A stretch of DNA of 64,000 bases from Octopus sinensis (lineage: Eukaryota). Position numbers and translations under genes: made by a program. Below the pieces are notes generated by a model. The model saw only the letters and a program-made list of their open reading frames with translations, did not search any database and was not told the origin of the DNA. The first letter of the stretch is position 1, and each line of letters starts with the position of its first letter. The stretch spans positions 138,570,001 to 138,634,000 of the forward strand of contig NC_042997.1 of NCBI RefSeq assembly GCF_006345805.1, given 5' to 3'. Positions 40,326 to 54,484 of the stretch are shown here, piece after piece.

Positions 40326-40476
40326 TATCTACTTTAAAAGTCATCGAAAATTATAACGAAGTTCATTAAAACCTCTACCTCGTTTACTCATCTTCTCCAA
40401 GAGTTTTCACAAGAATTTCTAAAATATTTATTCTTCAGAATCTCCACGCAAAGACTACACTTTTCTTCGAATATAT

Positions 40477-40527
<51 letters not shown>

Positions 40528-40769
40528 TAAAGATATAATATATTATATATATTGTTATATTTTCATATATCACGCAAGTGTCACCGTCAATCGACTTTTC
40601 TCAATCAGACGCAACTACCAATCGGTGACAAGCTGTATTCTCCGGACAGACACAGACATACGCACTCACACACACATGCACACATACATGCATACATACA
40701 CTCACACAGCATGCACACATACAAGCATACATATACTCACACAGGAATACACGCGCGCACATTTTGACT

Positions 40770-41160
40770 GGTTTCTGTCACAGAAACTGCAGTCATGCTG
40801 GAGCACCGCCTTCGACTGTCGTAGCCGATCACATTGACCTTAGTGATCTCTTGTCGAACCGCAGTATTACGAGACGTAAAGAGATACAATAGTTTTTAGG
40901 CCGGCGTAAGCATACTCTCTCTCTCTCTCTCTCTCTCACGCACACACACACACACAAACACACATGCGTGTGTATGTGTTTGTGCGGGTGCGTGCGTGTG
41001 TGTGTGTGTGTGGTGTCTAAATACATGCATCAGGCTTCTGCACAATAACCGTCTGACGTACCAAATTCCACTCAACTTTTTGACCAACCCGAGGCTGTGT
41101 AGTACAAGACAAGGTGCCGTGGAGTGAAATCGAACCTTGAATCATGAGGCTGCGATGCAG
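40770..41160 (-). mobile_element. diverged SINE family A
   Basis: CATGCTGGAGCACCGCC ... CCAAATTCCACTCA ... GAAATCGAACC. Confidence 0.7.
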
Positions 41161-41221
41161 TTTTCTCTATGTATGTATGTATATATGTACGCATATGTAT
41201 ATGTCTCCGTGTATGTATAAT

Positions 41222-41259
<38 letters not shown>

Positions 41260-41335
41260 ATATATATATATATACATATATATATTATATATATATAATG
41301 TATATATACATGTATGTATACCTAGACACACACAC

Positions 41336-41394
<59 letters not shown>

Positions 41395-42392
41395 TAATAT
41401 ATATATATATAATGTATATATATATATGTATGTAACCTAGACACACACATATATAATATATATATATATATTTGCACGCTCATTCTCATGTATGCCAGTA
41501 TATATTCTGCGTATATATGTATATGTCGCATATTTACAAATATAAATAAACGGATACGTAGCTATGTTTGCATGTTGTCTATGTATACAAACACACACAT
41601 ATATATATACATAAAGAGGGAGAGCAAGAGAGGTGTGTGTGTGTTTCCAACTTTGACTCTATTCCGCTTTATAATAAACCGTCTATGAAATATTGCACAA
41701 TGTCTGCTGTTTTACACAATGACCACTTTGCTAACCTGCTAAAGATAGTAGTCAAACCTCCCTCAGATATTATCATACCTTACCGTCTTCACTGAAACAC
41801 ATTGGATAATGTAGTCATAGATGCACTTTGCCAGAATAAAAAAAATTGGCCAAGTCTTTTGATCGTAGGTCACCACGTACCGGGCTGGCCTCTGGTGCTA
41901 AAGAAAAACAACACCTCTTTCTCCCTCCCTTCCTTTCTTTCCTTTTTTTAGTTTATTCGTCTCCCTTCTTCGCTCTTTCCTTCAGAACACCTCATCGCTA
42001 ACTCTTATTCTTTCTCTCTACCCCTTTCTTCTTCCTCTGTCTCTCAATCAGTCTCCATCTCTCTCTCTCTTTCTCTCTCTCTCTCACGCTCTTTTTTTCT
42101 CTCTCTATCTTTTCCGCTTTCTCTCAATCTCCCTCTTTAAATGTTCCTAATTGTTACTTAGCACCTCATTTTCCTCACCCCCCACCTCTCTCGTACCGAA
42201 CTACTTTTTTCCTTCTATATCATTTTTCTCTTCTTTCCTTTTCTTCTTTTTTTTTTTATAGTTTTCTGTTTTCCATCCTTGGAAAGATGGATCTTTCTCT
42301 CTCTTCTCTCTGTAAACATACGTATTTATACTCAAACTCACACATATACATACACATGTGAGTATACACACGCACACACATTTATTTTATAA

Positions 42393-42439
<47 letters not shown>

Positions 42440-42769
42440 CATAAATGAGGGCAAAGATTATATATATATATATATATATATACAATATATCTATGTATAT
42501 AATGTTACTTTATATAGATATATAATGAATATATTAATACATTATATACATATAATATATATATATGTGTGTGTGTATGTATATATATATATATATACAC
42601 ACACACACATACACATTATATGTATGTTCCCATCTTATTCTTTATCTTTTTTTTCCAATCCCAAAGATCGTTTTTCGATTCCTTTAACAAACACCCACAC
42701 GTGTACTTTTACAAATGCAAGACCATTCTATATACCGCTTAGCACCGACCACACTCTGTGCCAACTCTG

Positions 42770-42990
42770 CTGCCACCGCCTTCGCCACCACCACCACCAC
42801 CACCACTGCCTCCTCCACCACCACCACCACCACTCCACTGCAGCCGCTGCTGCCGCTACCAACATCTCTATCATTACAGATACCACTATCATCACTACTA
42901 CTGTCACCGTTCTCACCGCTAAACCACCAACTCTAATACCCTTCCACCAGTAGCAGCATCAGCATCAGCAGCAGCAGCAGCAGCATGACC
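42770..42990. repeat. cryptic (CAC)/(CAG) trinucleotide array
   Basis: Seen directly; stops present, no splice support. Confidence 0.85.
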
Positions 42991-43241
42991 ACCACTACTT
43001 GTAGCCAGACTTACATTCTTCTATCATTACATTATCATTTAACATTATACACGCACGCGCGCGCGCGCGCTTTCACACACACAAACATGCGCCCGTGCAC
43101 TCACGTCTACGTACGTTTCAATGTGTAAGTATACACATATATGCGTATGTCTATATGTATGGTATACACATACAGGCATATATGTATGTATATATATTTC
43201 TACATATATATATGTGTGCGTATAATATATATGTATATCTA

Positions 43242-43330
<89 letters not shown>

Positions 43331-43343
43331 ATCTATCTATCTT

Positions 43344-43410
<67 letters not shown>

Positions 43411-43431
43411 GTCTATCTATCTATCTATCTT

Positions 43432-43502
<71 letters not shown>

Positions 43503-43560
43503 ATCTATCTATCTGTCTATCTATCTATCTATCTATCTTCTATCTATCTATCTATCTATC

Positions 43561-43592
<32 letters not shown>

Positions 43593-43657
43593 TACTGTCA
43601 CACTACACACATGGCATTAGGTATATATATATATACTATATATATATATAATAATAT

Positions 43658-43692
<35 letters not shown>

Positions 43693-44079
43693 TAGATATA
43701 CACACACATGTGTGTGCGTGTGTGTGTATCTCTATGCATATTACTTGTTATTCTTTGGTTTTTTCCTATTCTTTCCATCCATTTCCTATAGAAATCACGC
43801 TTTGCTTTCGCTCTTCCTTTCCTTCATCCGTTTATTTCTTCTCTTATTTCATTCGCTTTTCTGTCATTCTCCCCGCCACACACACACACACACTACCCGA
43901 CTCTTCAATCTTCCATATCCTCACTAACCCACCACCATCACCTACTACAACCCTCTTTGCACGTTTGTCTGTCTGGTAGTCTGTTATCTTTCACCACCTA
44001 CATTAGCCGATCTTTTGCACCGTCTCGTGTGTTTGTGTATACATATACATATATATATATGTGTGTGTGTGCGTATACA

Positions 44080-44117
<38 letters not shown>

Positions 44118-44208
44118 TAATATATATAGTGAGAGAGAGAGGAGAGAGATTCTATGTATATAAAATCTTTAGACATGCTATGTATATTTAGTATATATAC
44201 ATACACTA

Positions 44209-44274
<66 letters not shown>

Positions 44275-44291
44275 TATACATATACATATAC

Positions 44292-44334
<43 letters not shown>

Positions 44335-45184
44335 AATATAGGATGGAAAAGGTAAATATATATATATATATATATATAGTTGTTTAGCCTCAGATCAGCC
44401 GTGATAGAAATAAGACATGATCAAAGGAAGCGCGTTCCAGCCGTGACTATCTTGCCTTTTTTTTTTTTTTTGTATATTAGGGTCTCAACATACTGTTCTG
44501 AGCAATAGTCCTTCTCAATCAAAGACGGTTGGGTGTGATGTGATTTGAGGCAGATTTGGCTGTTATTACCAGGAAGACGTACGACCACATCGAAGCACCT
44601 TTTTTTTTTTTGGTTCAGTCATCTTTGGTTTTTCGTTGGTAGCTTTGTTCGTTCTTTAAATGTAATCAACTTTATTTGTTAGTTTTTCATTTCTTTTTTT
44701 TCTTCTTCTTCTTGTCTTGTACATCTTTCATTTCTTCTACTTTCTTTACGTCCTTATTTCTTCTTTTACATCTATATATTCCACATTTCTTTTTTTTTTT
44801 TTTGTTGCTGCTACGACTACTTTTTCTTTCTTTTTTTTCTTTCGTCTTTTCTTTCTTTCCTTCCTTGTTTTCGTCTTCATTTCTCTTTATTTTCTGTCAT
44901 CTTTCTTCCTACACATTCTTTTCTCCGTCTCTCTGTTTCTATCTTTCTGTCTGTCTCTCTCTTTCTGCCTGTCTGTCTCTCTCTTTCTGCCTGTCTGTTT
45001 CTCTCTTTGTCTCTTTATTCTGTCTGTCTCTCTCTCTCTCTTCGTCCATCGTTCTCTCTTTGTCTCTCTCTCTCTTATTCTCTCTTTGTCTGTCTGTCTT
45101 TCGTATTCTCTCTGTTTCTCTCTGTCTGCTTGTCTAGTTGTGCCTCTGTATTTCTGTTTCCCCCTCTGTCTGTCTGTCTGTCTC

Positions 45185-45216
<32 letters not shown>

Positions 45217-45884
45217 ACGCTCTCTTTCTTGCTATTTGCATTACTCTCTATCTTTCCTATTCTATGTCTGAGCATGCGAATATATATGTACACGTTTCTC
45301 TGCGTCGCGTGTACGTGTGTGTATATGTGTTCGTATGTGTGCGTGCGTGCGTGCGTGCGTGCGTGTGTGTATATGTATCTGTATATATGTGCGCCCGCGC
45401 CGGTTTGTGTATCTGAATGTACTTATGTACGTACATATGTACGTATTTACGCATGCGTGTGTGAGTGCACGTATATATATTTATGTGTGTGTGTGTGTAT
45501 GTCTTAGATTTCCTATTTGTATCTTGTTACATTAGTGTGAAGAACCTCTACATCATTCTATTCCTGCAAGTTCTGCTGCATGTCTCAGACAGGTCTTTTT
45601 TCCGCCCCTCCATAACCACTGCTACTTTCAACATCACTACCTTAACCACCACCAGCTCCACCACTACCACTGGTACCCCCAGTAGTTCTACCATCATCTC
45701 TCGTCGCAATCTTCCCTTCTCACTTTCGCTCGCTCTATTTCACGCTATGCGCTGCAGACATCTCTGAGAAGCCGTCTTGTTTCTCTTCTAGCTGTTTCCC
45801 TTTCTGCTTAAACATTCGTTGTCTTTTTAGTCATAAGAAAACCAAGAAAACATGCCAGCATGTAAACTGAAAGTGGACTTCGAC

Positions 45885-46330
45885 TCTTCTTCTTCTCCTC
45901 TTCTTCTTATTCTTCTTGATTCTTCTTCTTCTTCCTTCTCACTCCCTTTCTTCTTCTTCTTCTTCTTCTTCTTCTTCTCTCTTTTCTTCTTCTTCTCTTC
46001 TTCTTCTTCTCTTCATTCTTCTTTCTTATCTTCTTCTCTTATTCTTCGTTCTTTTCTTCTTCTTCTGTCCTTCTTCTTCTCTTCTTCTTCTTCTTCTTCT
46101 TTTTTCTCTTCTTCTTCTTCTTCTTCCTTCGTTCTTCTTTCTTCGTCTTCTTCTTCTTCTTCTTCTTCTTTCTGTCTTCTTCTTCTCTCTCTCTTCTTCT
46201 TCTTTCTTCTTTCTTCTTCTTCTTTCTTCTTCTTCTTTCCTTTTACTTCTTCTTCGCTATTCTTCTTCTTCTTTCCTCCTCTTTTCTTTTCTCTCTCTTT
46301 CATTCTTCTACTTCTTCTTCTTTTTCTTTA
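45885..46330. repeat. cryptic (CTT)n array
   Basis: Seen directly. Confidence 0.9.
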
Positions 46331-46359
46331 TCTCTTATCTCTTTCTTTTTTCTGACTTT

Positions 46360-47495
46360 CTTTTTCGTGTCGTGTTCTTCCTCATGTGCTTTTATATTTA
46401 TTATTATATGTCTGAGTCTGTGTACTGTTATATATATTTGTTGTCTTTTACTGTCCTGTTTTTTTGTTAACATTTTTTGTACCCCTCTGCCGAAAAACAT
46501 CTCAGAATTTTTAATTGATTTGCTTTTCGCAGGAAGGAAAGTTTCTGTCGAAGATACATCTCGCTTTCACCTTCGAAACGTAGAGTAGATGATTGAAACC
46601 ATAGCGACTGAAGAAGGGGTTTTTTCTTTGTGTTTAATTGTCCTGTATCTCTATTTTTGTTGTTTAAAAAAAGGTCTTTCAGTTCTGCTTGGTTTGGTCT
46701 ACTGTTTTCGTTTCTCTTTGTTCGACGTTCGACGTCCTTTGGTGTCCTGTACTCATATATGCGTGTATATGTACATGTAGAGGTAGGTACGTACATATAT
46801 GTTTATATATATGCATGTTTTATTTATTATATATATATCCACCCATATATATATTATATTATATATATATATATAATATATATTACATATATATATATTT
46901 ATATATATATATATATAATGTAAATAATATATATATGCATATATAAAGACATATATGTACATACTTGGCATATATATATATATGGTGTGTGCGCATATAT
47001 TGGTACAGGACGTCACAAAACGCAAACGACATGAAATACGAAAAGGACATGGATTACAAAATACGAAAACAACATAAAATACGAAGGCAAACCTGGGTAT
47101 GCGAACAACGAAAGAAACAAATGGGAAACAAGACAAGTAACATAAAGAACGACCCTTCATTAGTTGTCGGCTGTTTATCTACTTCACATTTCGAGCAATG
47201 GAAGAATATTCTTTTTCCTCCAGCGTTTGCTACCTTACCTAATCTGGCCTAAAGGCCCTCCCTCTTTGTTTTCATTTGGTTTGTTGTATGTCTTCACTGT
47301 CCTGTTTTTGTCACTAACTTTGACCCTCGGCAAATCCCAAATTTTATTTTGGTTCGCGGGAGCAACTGTTTTTCGAAGACACATATTGTGAATTGATCGA
47401 AATGTGGAGTAGATAAAACAGCCGACAACTGATGAAGGGTCCTTCTTTATGTTACTTGTCATGTTTTCCATTTGTTTCTCTCGTCGTTCGCATAC
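46360..47495. mobile_element. cluster of non-autonomous repeat family E (46360-46770 +, ~46990-47200 -, ~47270-47495 +)
   Basis: Shared end TGTCCTGTACTCATATAT and motifs CGAAACGT ... CTGA(A/T)GAAGGG; 47096-47198 and 47393-47494 form an inverted pair. Confidence 0.6.
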
Positions 47496-49335
47496 TCTGC
47501 TGAGACAGAGTCTGCAAAACCGTCTTAAATACTTGTTTTATTAAACACTGCCCGTGAGATGCTGGTGGTCTGTGTTTTTTTTCTTCTCTCTCTCTCTCTC
47601 CCCTTCTCTGGGTTTTTTTTCTTGTCTCTCAGTTTCCAAATGTGTTCTGAAAGTGCTGTGGTGATATCGATGTCGGAACAAACTAGTGTATTGGTATAGG
47701 TGACTGTTGAAGAACTGAACTGTAAACCTTATATGGCTTGTAAATATCCGTTCTTTTATATTTTTCTTTGGGCATTTGCCATATGGGGAGAAAGGTACTG
47801 CGTTTCAATAGTTGCTCCTGGATTCCTTTACTCTACGTTTGGTTGCAGTTTTTTGTTCTTGCAATGTAGCTCTTAATTGGGTTTTAAATGTTTCTTGTGC
47901 TGCTCGATCATACTTTAACACTGTTTTTTGTCGAACTGTTTGTGAAGTTTATGGTCGTTTTTGAAATGATTTTTTGATTGGGGAGAGGAAATGTTTTCCA
48001 CTTTGGAATAGGAAATTTGTTGCAAAACAGGTTCCTTAATCAATGCTATAGTGTAGTTTATAATATATAATATTTATTTCTCCTGAGTTATTGGTTAAAT
48101 AAAAGCTGACACAAAGCTGTATGAATCTGAATCTCTTGCACAACTCTATGTTAGTATTCACGTGGTTCTTTGGAGCCTAAAAAAAAAAAACAAATGTAAA
48201 TTTATCCTAGGTGATAAAAATGCAATGCAAGGACTGACAGCTTTCCTTTCTTTGAGAGAAGGGATTTTCACTAATCTCTATATAGCTTTTTTGTTTGTTG
48301 ACTGTAATCTGCAAGAGAAACCTCAGCTCGGTAAATTATTAAAAAAAGAAACTCATACTGTTGAGCGAGTAGATATTACGGATTTTGAAATTATATAGAA
48401 GAGGTGAGTTTTGTGAGTTCGTATAGGAAAATTTTCTTTGGTTTATTCTGGTTATGGAAGCAACGAAGCTTTTAGTGCAACTGTAGTAGTCCTTAATACT
48501 ATTACTATTAAAAATATTTTATCTAAAGTCTTCGGGGAAATACTTATTTATAAGGTTTAAAAAAAAATCTTGCAACATTAGAACGAAAATTCAAACTATA
48601 TAGAAGACCATACAATATATTTCGTTTCTCTTTTTTTGTGTTTATGAGCTCTTGTTATTCTGTATGTAATGCATTCTAGCTTTGAAGTTTCTGTCTTTTA
48701 ATGCTGCGTTGCACAGTAAATGATTCCTCGTCAGAAGGTAAACTGGATATGCTCTTACTAATATTATTAACCAGGTTTTAACGGTTTAATGGGGGATGGC
48801 TTAACATGCATTAATATATTCCAAATTTTTCATTGGGTTTACCACAAAGGCAGCAGTTACGAATATCCAAATCTAAAGATATAACTAAGAAATTAACTAA
48901 ATTCAAATCGACTGTAATTTTTAAATTCAATCCTTTGTCTATTCTATATTCTAACTAACTGCATCTGTTATGTGACCATTCATATTTCGTAAAATGACCA
49001 GTAAATGTTTAAGAAAATTCTTTTAAACTGATTCTTGCAATATACGGACACCTGCAGAAATTCAAGCATTCAGAACAGCATGTCACCATAGGAGGATAAT
49101 ATTAATAACACGTGCAAATCTACATTATTGGGTCCAGGTCTATGTCTTTCAGAGTAGGAAAACATGCTTTTGAAATTTCAACAAGAGGTTGGAATTGGTG
49201 AATTCTTGTAGTCACTTTAAATCAATATTTATTAAAGAATTTTTGTCTACTGATGAACTTATTTTTCACAAAAAATATTTCACCTATCCTATAAGACGGT
49301 TATACAATGAAAAACAAAATACACGTTGTTATTTA

Positions 49336-50593
49336 CAGCGGTTGGACAAAATAATGGAAACACCTTAAAATTTCACACAAATTTATTCTAATATGGGGTA
49401 TGACCGCCTTTGGCAGTAATTACAGCTTGAATTCTTCAAGGTATGGACTCATACAAAGTTTGAATTGTTTCCAAATGAATTTTTGCCCATTCTTCAGCTA
49501 AAACAGTCTCCAGTTCTTGTAGTGATGATGGTGGAGGATATCGACTCATTACCTGCTTTTCTAAAATACACCATAAATGTTCAATAACAGTGAGATCTAG
49601 AGACTGTGGTGGCCAGATAAAATGCTCAACTTCACTAGAATGTTCCTTGTGCCATTCAGTAACAACTTTAGCTGTGTAAATTGGTGCATTATCATCCTGA
49701 AAGATTGCGTTTCCCTCCAGAAACAGTTCCGCAACCATGCGATGAATTTTATCAGATTAAATGCTTAAATAGTCTTGATTTAATTCTTCCATGAAAGGAA
49801 ACCATTGGACCGGCGATTTCCAAGATATAAACCCCCAGATCATCACAGATCCTCCTCCATTTTTAACAGTTGGGAGGAAGCAGTCTGGGTCAAATGCTTC
49901 TTTTGGCTGTCTCCACATGTATACTCGGAAATAAGGTAAAGAATGACTCATGCGAGAAAATAACATTCTTCTACTGCTCTAGGGACCAATTCTGTAGGTT
50001 TTTACTCCACTCTAAACGCTTTGCAACGTTTGTTTTTGGAAGTTGTGGTTTTCCGATTGCAGCCCTCCCATGAAATCCGGCTTTGTGCAGCACCCGGCGA
50101 ACAGTTTTTGTGGAAACTGAGTTCTCGAGGTGGTCATCAAGCTATGCAGTAATTTTGGAAGCTGTGCTTATGAGATCCTTTCTAACAATTTGCGTAGGAG
50201 ACCGACGGTCCCTATCTGAAAGTTTTGGTTTTCTTCCGAAGTTTTGTTTCGACGAGGAGGTTTTTCCTTCTTTCTCAAAGGCTGTCATTACTTTCGAGAC
50301 AGAACTTCTTGATGCACCAAATATTTCGGCTGTTTTCATACGCTAGTGCCTGTCATACGAGCACGAACAATTTGACCTTTTTGAAAGTCAGCTAGATCTG
50401 TCATTTTAATGAATTTTAATTACCTTTTTCTGATGGTATCTTAAAAGAAACAGCGATTTTAGCAGAACATATTAAGCAACACTAATATTAAATCAAAAAG
50501 CATAAAAATAAACAAGCTTTTGACGATTTTATAGATGTTTCTAAATTATGATGCTATGATGCTAGGTGTTTCCATTATTTTGTTCAACCCCTG
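49336..50593 (-). mobile_element. full-length Tc1-like element with DD36E spacing (Incomer-type), inactive
   Basis: TA duplications; TIRs CAG(C/G)GGTTG(G/A)ACAAAATAATGGAAACACC; 1258 bp. Confidence 0.93.
49388..50404 (-). pseudogene. Tc1-family transposase pseudogene
   Basis: MTDLADFQKGQIV..GRKPKLSDRDRR..TVKNGGGSVMIWG..FQDDNAPIY..WPPQSLDLTVIEHLW; stops and frameshifts. Confidence 0.93.
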
Positions 50594-51169
50594 TATATAC
50601 AACTTTATTTATAAACATCTTTGATTTCATGTGCATCTCACATATGATAATCTAGAGAGGAAAATAGCACGTGTTTTTGTACGTAAATGGTTGAATATAA
50701 ACGTACCATTCGTATGACTGGACAGTTGAATGTTTTCAAACGTTTTTGATTTTTTGTTGTTGAAAACCAAACAACCTCGATAACTGATTACATTTTGACG
50801 TATTTATGAATATTTTTGCTTGTATATTGCCATACTGCTTCCTTACTTCAATGGTTTGAATAATTGGCAGAGTTAAACTCAGTGTTACGATTCAGAAGTT
50901 TCAACTTCTAATATATATCTATATATGTATGTTTGTGTAAATCTATCTATATGTATGTATGTATGTATGTATGTGTGTGTGAATAAAATACATAAATAGA
51001 ACGAGGAAAATTAAAAGGAATAGAAGAGACAAACAATATACGAAGTTTGGACAAGTTAAACAAACGGTGTATGTGCTTTCAACAAGCATACATCGACTTC
51101 TCTGTCTTTCGCAAGCCGATTTTTCTCATGCGTTCTAACTAATTTTTCCACCGTCTAGGCCTAAAAAAG

Positions 51170-51512
51170 CCCTTATTGTTGGTTCCTTGTCCTGTTATTC
51201 TTTATTTGTACTGTTTTTTCTACTGTTTTTTCTTCATTTGTATTGCTTTTACGTCCTGTTCTTGTCACTTGTTTTACCCCTCTGCAAAAGCATTTTATTT
51301 AATTCCTTTTGCAGAAAGGACTGTCCGTGTTCTGCCCTTACCTTCCAAACACGCATTGAGTCGAACCAGGGGCAGCTGATGAAGGGGAATTTTCCTTGTA
51401 TTGTTTGTCCTGTACTCTGTTTTTTCGTTGTTAAAAAAAGCCCGTTTCCTTGTTTGATTTTATGTTTTCGTTTCTCGTTGTGTTCTACGTTTATTTGTGG
51501 TGTCCTGTACTC
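51170..51512 (+). mobile_element. repeat family E copy
   Basis: Colinear with 46360-46770; GCAGCTGATGAAGGGG; ends TGTCCTGTACTCATATAT. Confidence 0.6.
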
Positions 51513-51543
<31 letters not shown>

Positions 51544-51622
51544 ATATATATATGCATGTATATATACATATAGATGTATGTATATATGCATATGTTTTAT
51601 TTATTTATTATATTGTTATTAA

Positions 51623-51653
<31 letters not shown>

Positions 51654-51828
51654 ATAAAATAGGGTAATAAATTATTATTACCAGTGGCCTAGCACAAAAA
51701 ACGAATTAGTCATTAGACTATATATTATTCAATCTTGAGATTTCTTGAGATTCTACTGTCTTGAGAGTCTTGAAATTCTACTGCTCTTTCTAGCACAACG
51801 CTTTCCTATTTGGAAGCCTCTCATTGTA

Positions 51829-51865
<37 letters not shown>

Positions 51866-51872
51866 ATATATA

Positions 51873-51914
<42 letters not shown>

Positions 51915-52067
51915 TTACGGTTAAAATTATAAACATAAGTTGTTTATAATTTTAACCGTAAAGGTATTTTAATATGCTGCCACATTTCTTGATGGAATTT
52001 TTTTCTGTAGAGAAAAAAAACTTCATCCTATATTAGTAGTATATATATATATAATATATATATATAT

Positions 52068-52282
52068 ATTATATAATTAGGGCTTAGTAAAATAAAATAA
52101 ATTACTTTGCCACATACTGAACTAGTAGAAATAGCAGCCAAAAAATTTTTTTAGCCGTTTCTACTACTTAAAGAAAAAGAAAAGTAGAAACGGCTAAAAA
52201 AATTTTTTTTGGCTGCTATTTCTACTAAGTTCAGTATGTGGCAAGTAATTTATTTTATTTTACTAAGCCCTAATTATATAAT
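52068..52282. repeat. near-perfect long inverted repeat (~98-bp arms, ~17-nt loop)
   Basis: Arms differ only by single-base or homopolymer indels. Confidence 0.95.
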
Positions 52283-52374
52283 GTAATATTTTGAATTCGC
52301 CTTAAATGGTCCTTTTACATACTGAACACTTGGTGAGATTGATTAATTAATTTTACCCTCAATTGTTGATATAT

Positions 52375-52421
<47 letters not shown>

Positions 52422-53539
52422 GTCTTAGGAATAATGAAACAAAGAAACAACAATCAAAGAATAAAGCCCAATGAAAGGAACAGAAAATCTAATATTGCGG
52501 GTTAAACATTTTATCAAAGAGAAGGAAAAGTAACAAGTTAAGAGAAAAAGAAATTGAAACAATACCGAATTTACGATGCTTGTTTATTTTGCAGGTTTGA
52601 AAGTAAACCTGCAATATAATAGACATAACAAATTCTGTATAGTTTCTCTGTGTGTTGTCTGTCGGTCTGTCTCTCTTGCTCTCTCACTCATTCTCTCCTC
52701 ATACACACATGCGACGTCTATGTTCTATCTTGGTCCTTTCAAGTTTTTATTTATTTAATTCCTTTATGAGTTCTTTACATTTTGTTTCGAACTCTATGGT
52801 TCCTAAGTCTATTAATATTTCTAAACTTTCATGGTTATCAGGCTGAAGCATTGACCTTGCTGTGCTTCACTACCGTCATTCAAGGGAATCGCAGCAGGTG
52901 ATTTGTTATTGGTGACATTGGTGCCAGGTTTGAATTTATGTTAATTACATTTTTTTTTCCAGCAGCAAGAGAAAGGGTTTTTATTTGTTACAAGTGAATC
53001 TGCGTTGAATTCTGCATTGTTATTGTGTGTGTAACATCGCTTTCATAATAAAACTCTTTGGTGGAAATCTAAATAAGATGCTTGCGTTATTTACTAATGT
53101 TTTCTTCGTTGTTGTAGATGCATTTTCAGTCGCCGGAAAAGTGTTATATTTGTGTAGCCAATATCACTGTCAGAGTCTCGAAGTTGACAACCTTTTTGTT
53201 TCCAATCAAACTTGTAAATAATATTGGTCATTAGTAACATGCTCGTGGGCTTGCAGGCTTTATTGACAGGGATTTTTTTTTTTTTTTATATTTTCAATAT
53301 TTCTGTGCTCTTACTTTTAGTGTTAGATTATGAATGAGTGCAATACATTTTCTGTATGACTTTATGACTTTCTTTTTTATAAAGTATAGACTTAACTTGC
53401 GCAAGAAGTTCGCTTCAAACCCACGTAGATTGGGGTTCAGTCTTATTGCGCGGCAGCTTGAGCAAATGTATTTCACGGCGACCTCAGCTTAAACAATACC
53501 TTGTGAATAAAATTAGACGGAAACAGTGCAGAAGCCTTC

Positions 53540-53571
<32 letters not shown>

Positions 53572-53795
53572 AGAGTTACGGAATGGAGAAGATAAGATCC
53601 GTGAAATATAAAATATACATACATGCATGCATGCATACATACATACATACATACATACATACATACACACATACATACATACATATATATGCATGTGTTA
53701 TCCGAATTTTATAGTTTTATAAAATTCGGATAATATATCCACTCTACTGGCGGTTATACGAGTGCATCGTCTCCTTGACTTATGGTCTCTTAGAG

Positions 53796-54146
53796 CAGTG
53801 GTTCTCAAACTATCTGATGTGGCGTACCGTCAGTTTTTTCTCCAATGTTCCAAGGACCGGTAATATTTCTTAGTAATATTAATTTATACCGGAAACAATA
53901 TAATGGATGTAATAAAATCCTTAAATCCTTAAAAATGTTTTAGCCCGAAGGCCGCGGCCATGCTGGGGCACCACCGCTGTTGACAATTTTTTTTTATCAT
54001 ATGTGTATTTTGTAAACAAATAGTACAATATTACATAAGCGTTTTATAAGCATTTTATAAGCATGTTATAATGTATCTTTCTTTTCTGGAAATTCGCCGC
54101 GTACCGGCAGCTGATGGTTCGCGGACCACCACTTTGAGTAGCACTG
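53796..54146. mobile_element. hAT (Charlie-like) MITE
   Basis: TIRs CAGTGGTTCTCAAA / TTTGAGTAGCACTG; 8-bp flanks TCTTAGAG / TCTTAGAC. Confidence 0.85.
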
Positions 54147-54376
54147 TCTTAGACTACTCACGCACGTATATATGCATGCATTCGCCATGATAGATCGATA
54201 GCCACTACACGCATCTTTTTCTCTCCTTGTTTTTTTTCTGTGTCCCTTTCTGTAGAAGAGCGTGGGCTCGAAACGTAAAAGACTGTTTCAATTTCCTGAG
54301 CGTTATACTAATACATCTGTTTGTTTTATTCACCACCAGTCTTCGTCTTTTGTTTTTTTTTCGTGAACTCTCCCTG

Positions 54377-54448
<72 letters not shown>

Positions 54449-54452
54449 TATA

Positions 54453-54484
<32 letters not shown>

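Noticed and set aside
42525-42990. Poly-His/Ala/Gln ORF resembling a transcription factor
   Set aside because: Starts in microsatellite, has an in-frame stop before the Gln run, no domain and no splice sites
45540-45850. Thr/Ser-rich or Gly-rich ORF-like stretch
   Set aside because: Cryptic (ACC/ACT) repeat with stops; no coherent exon model
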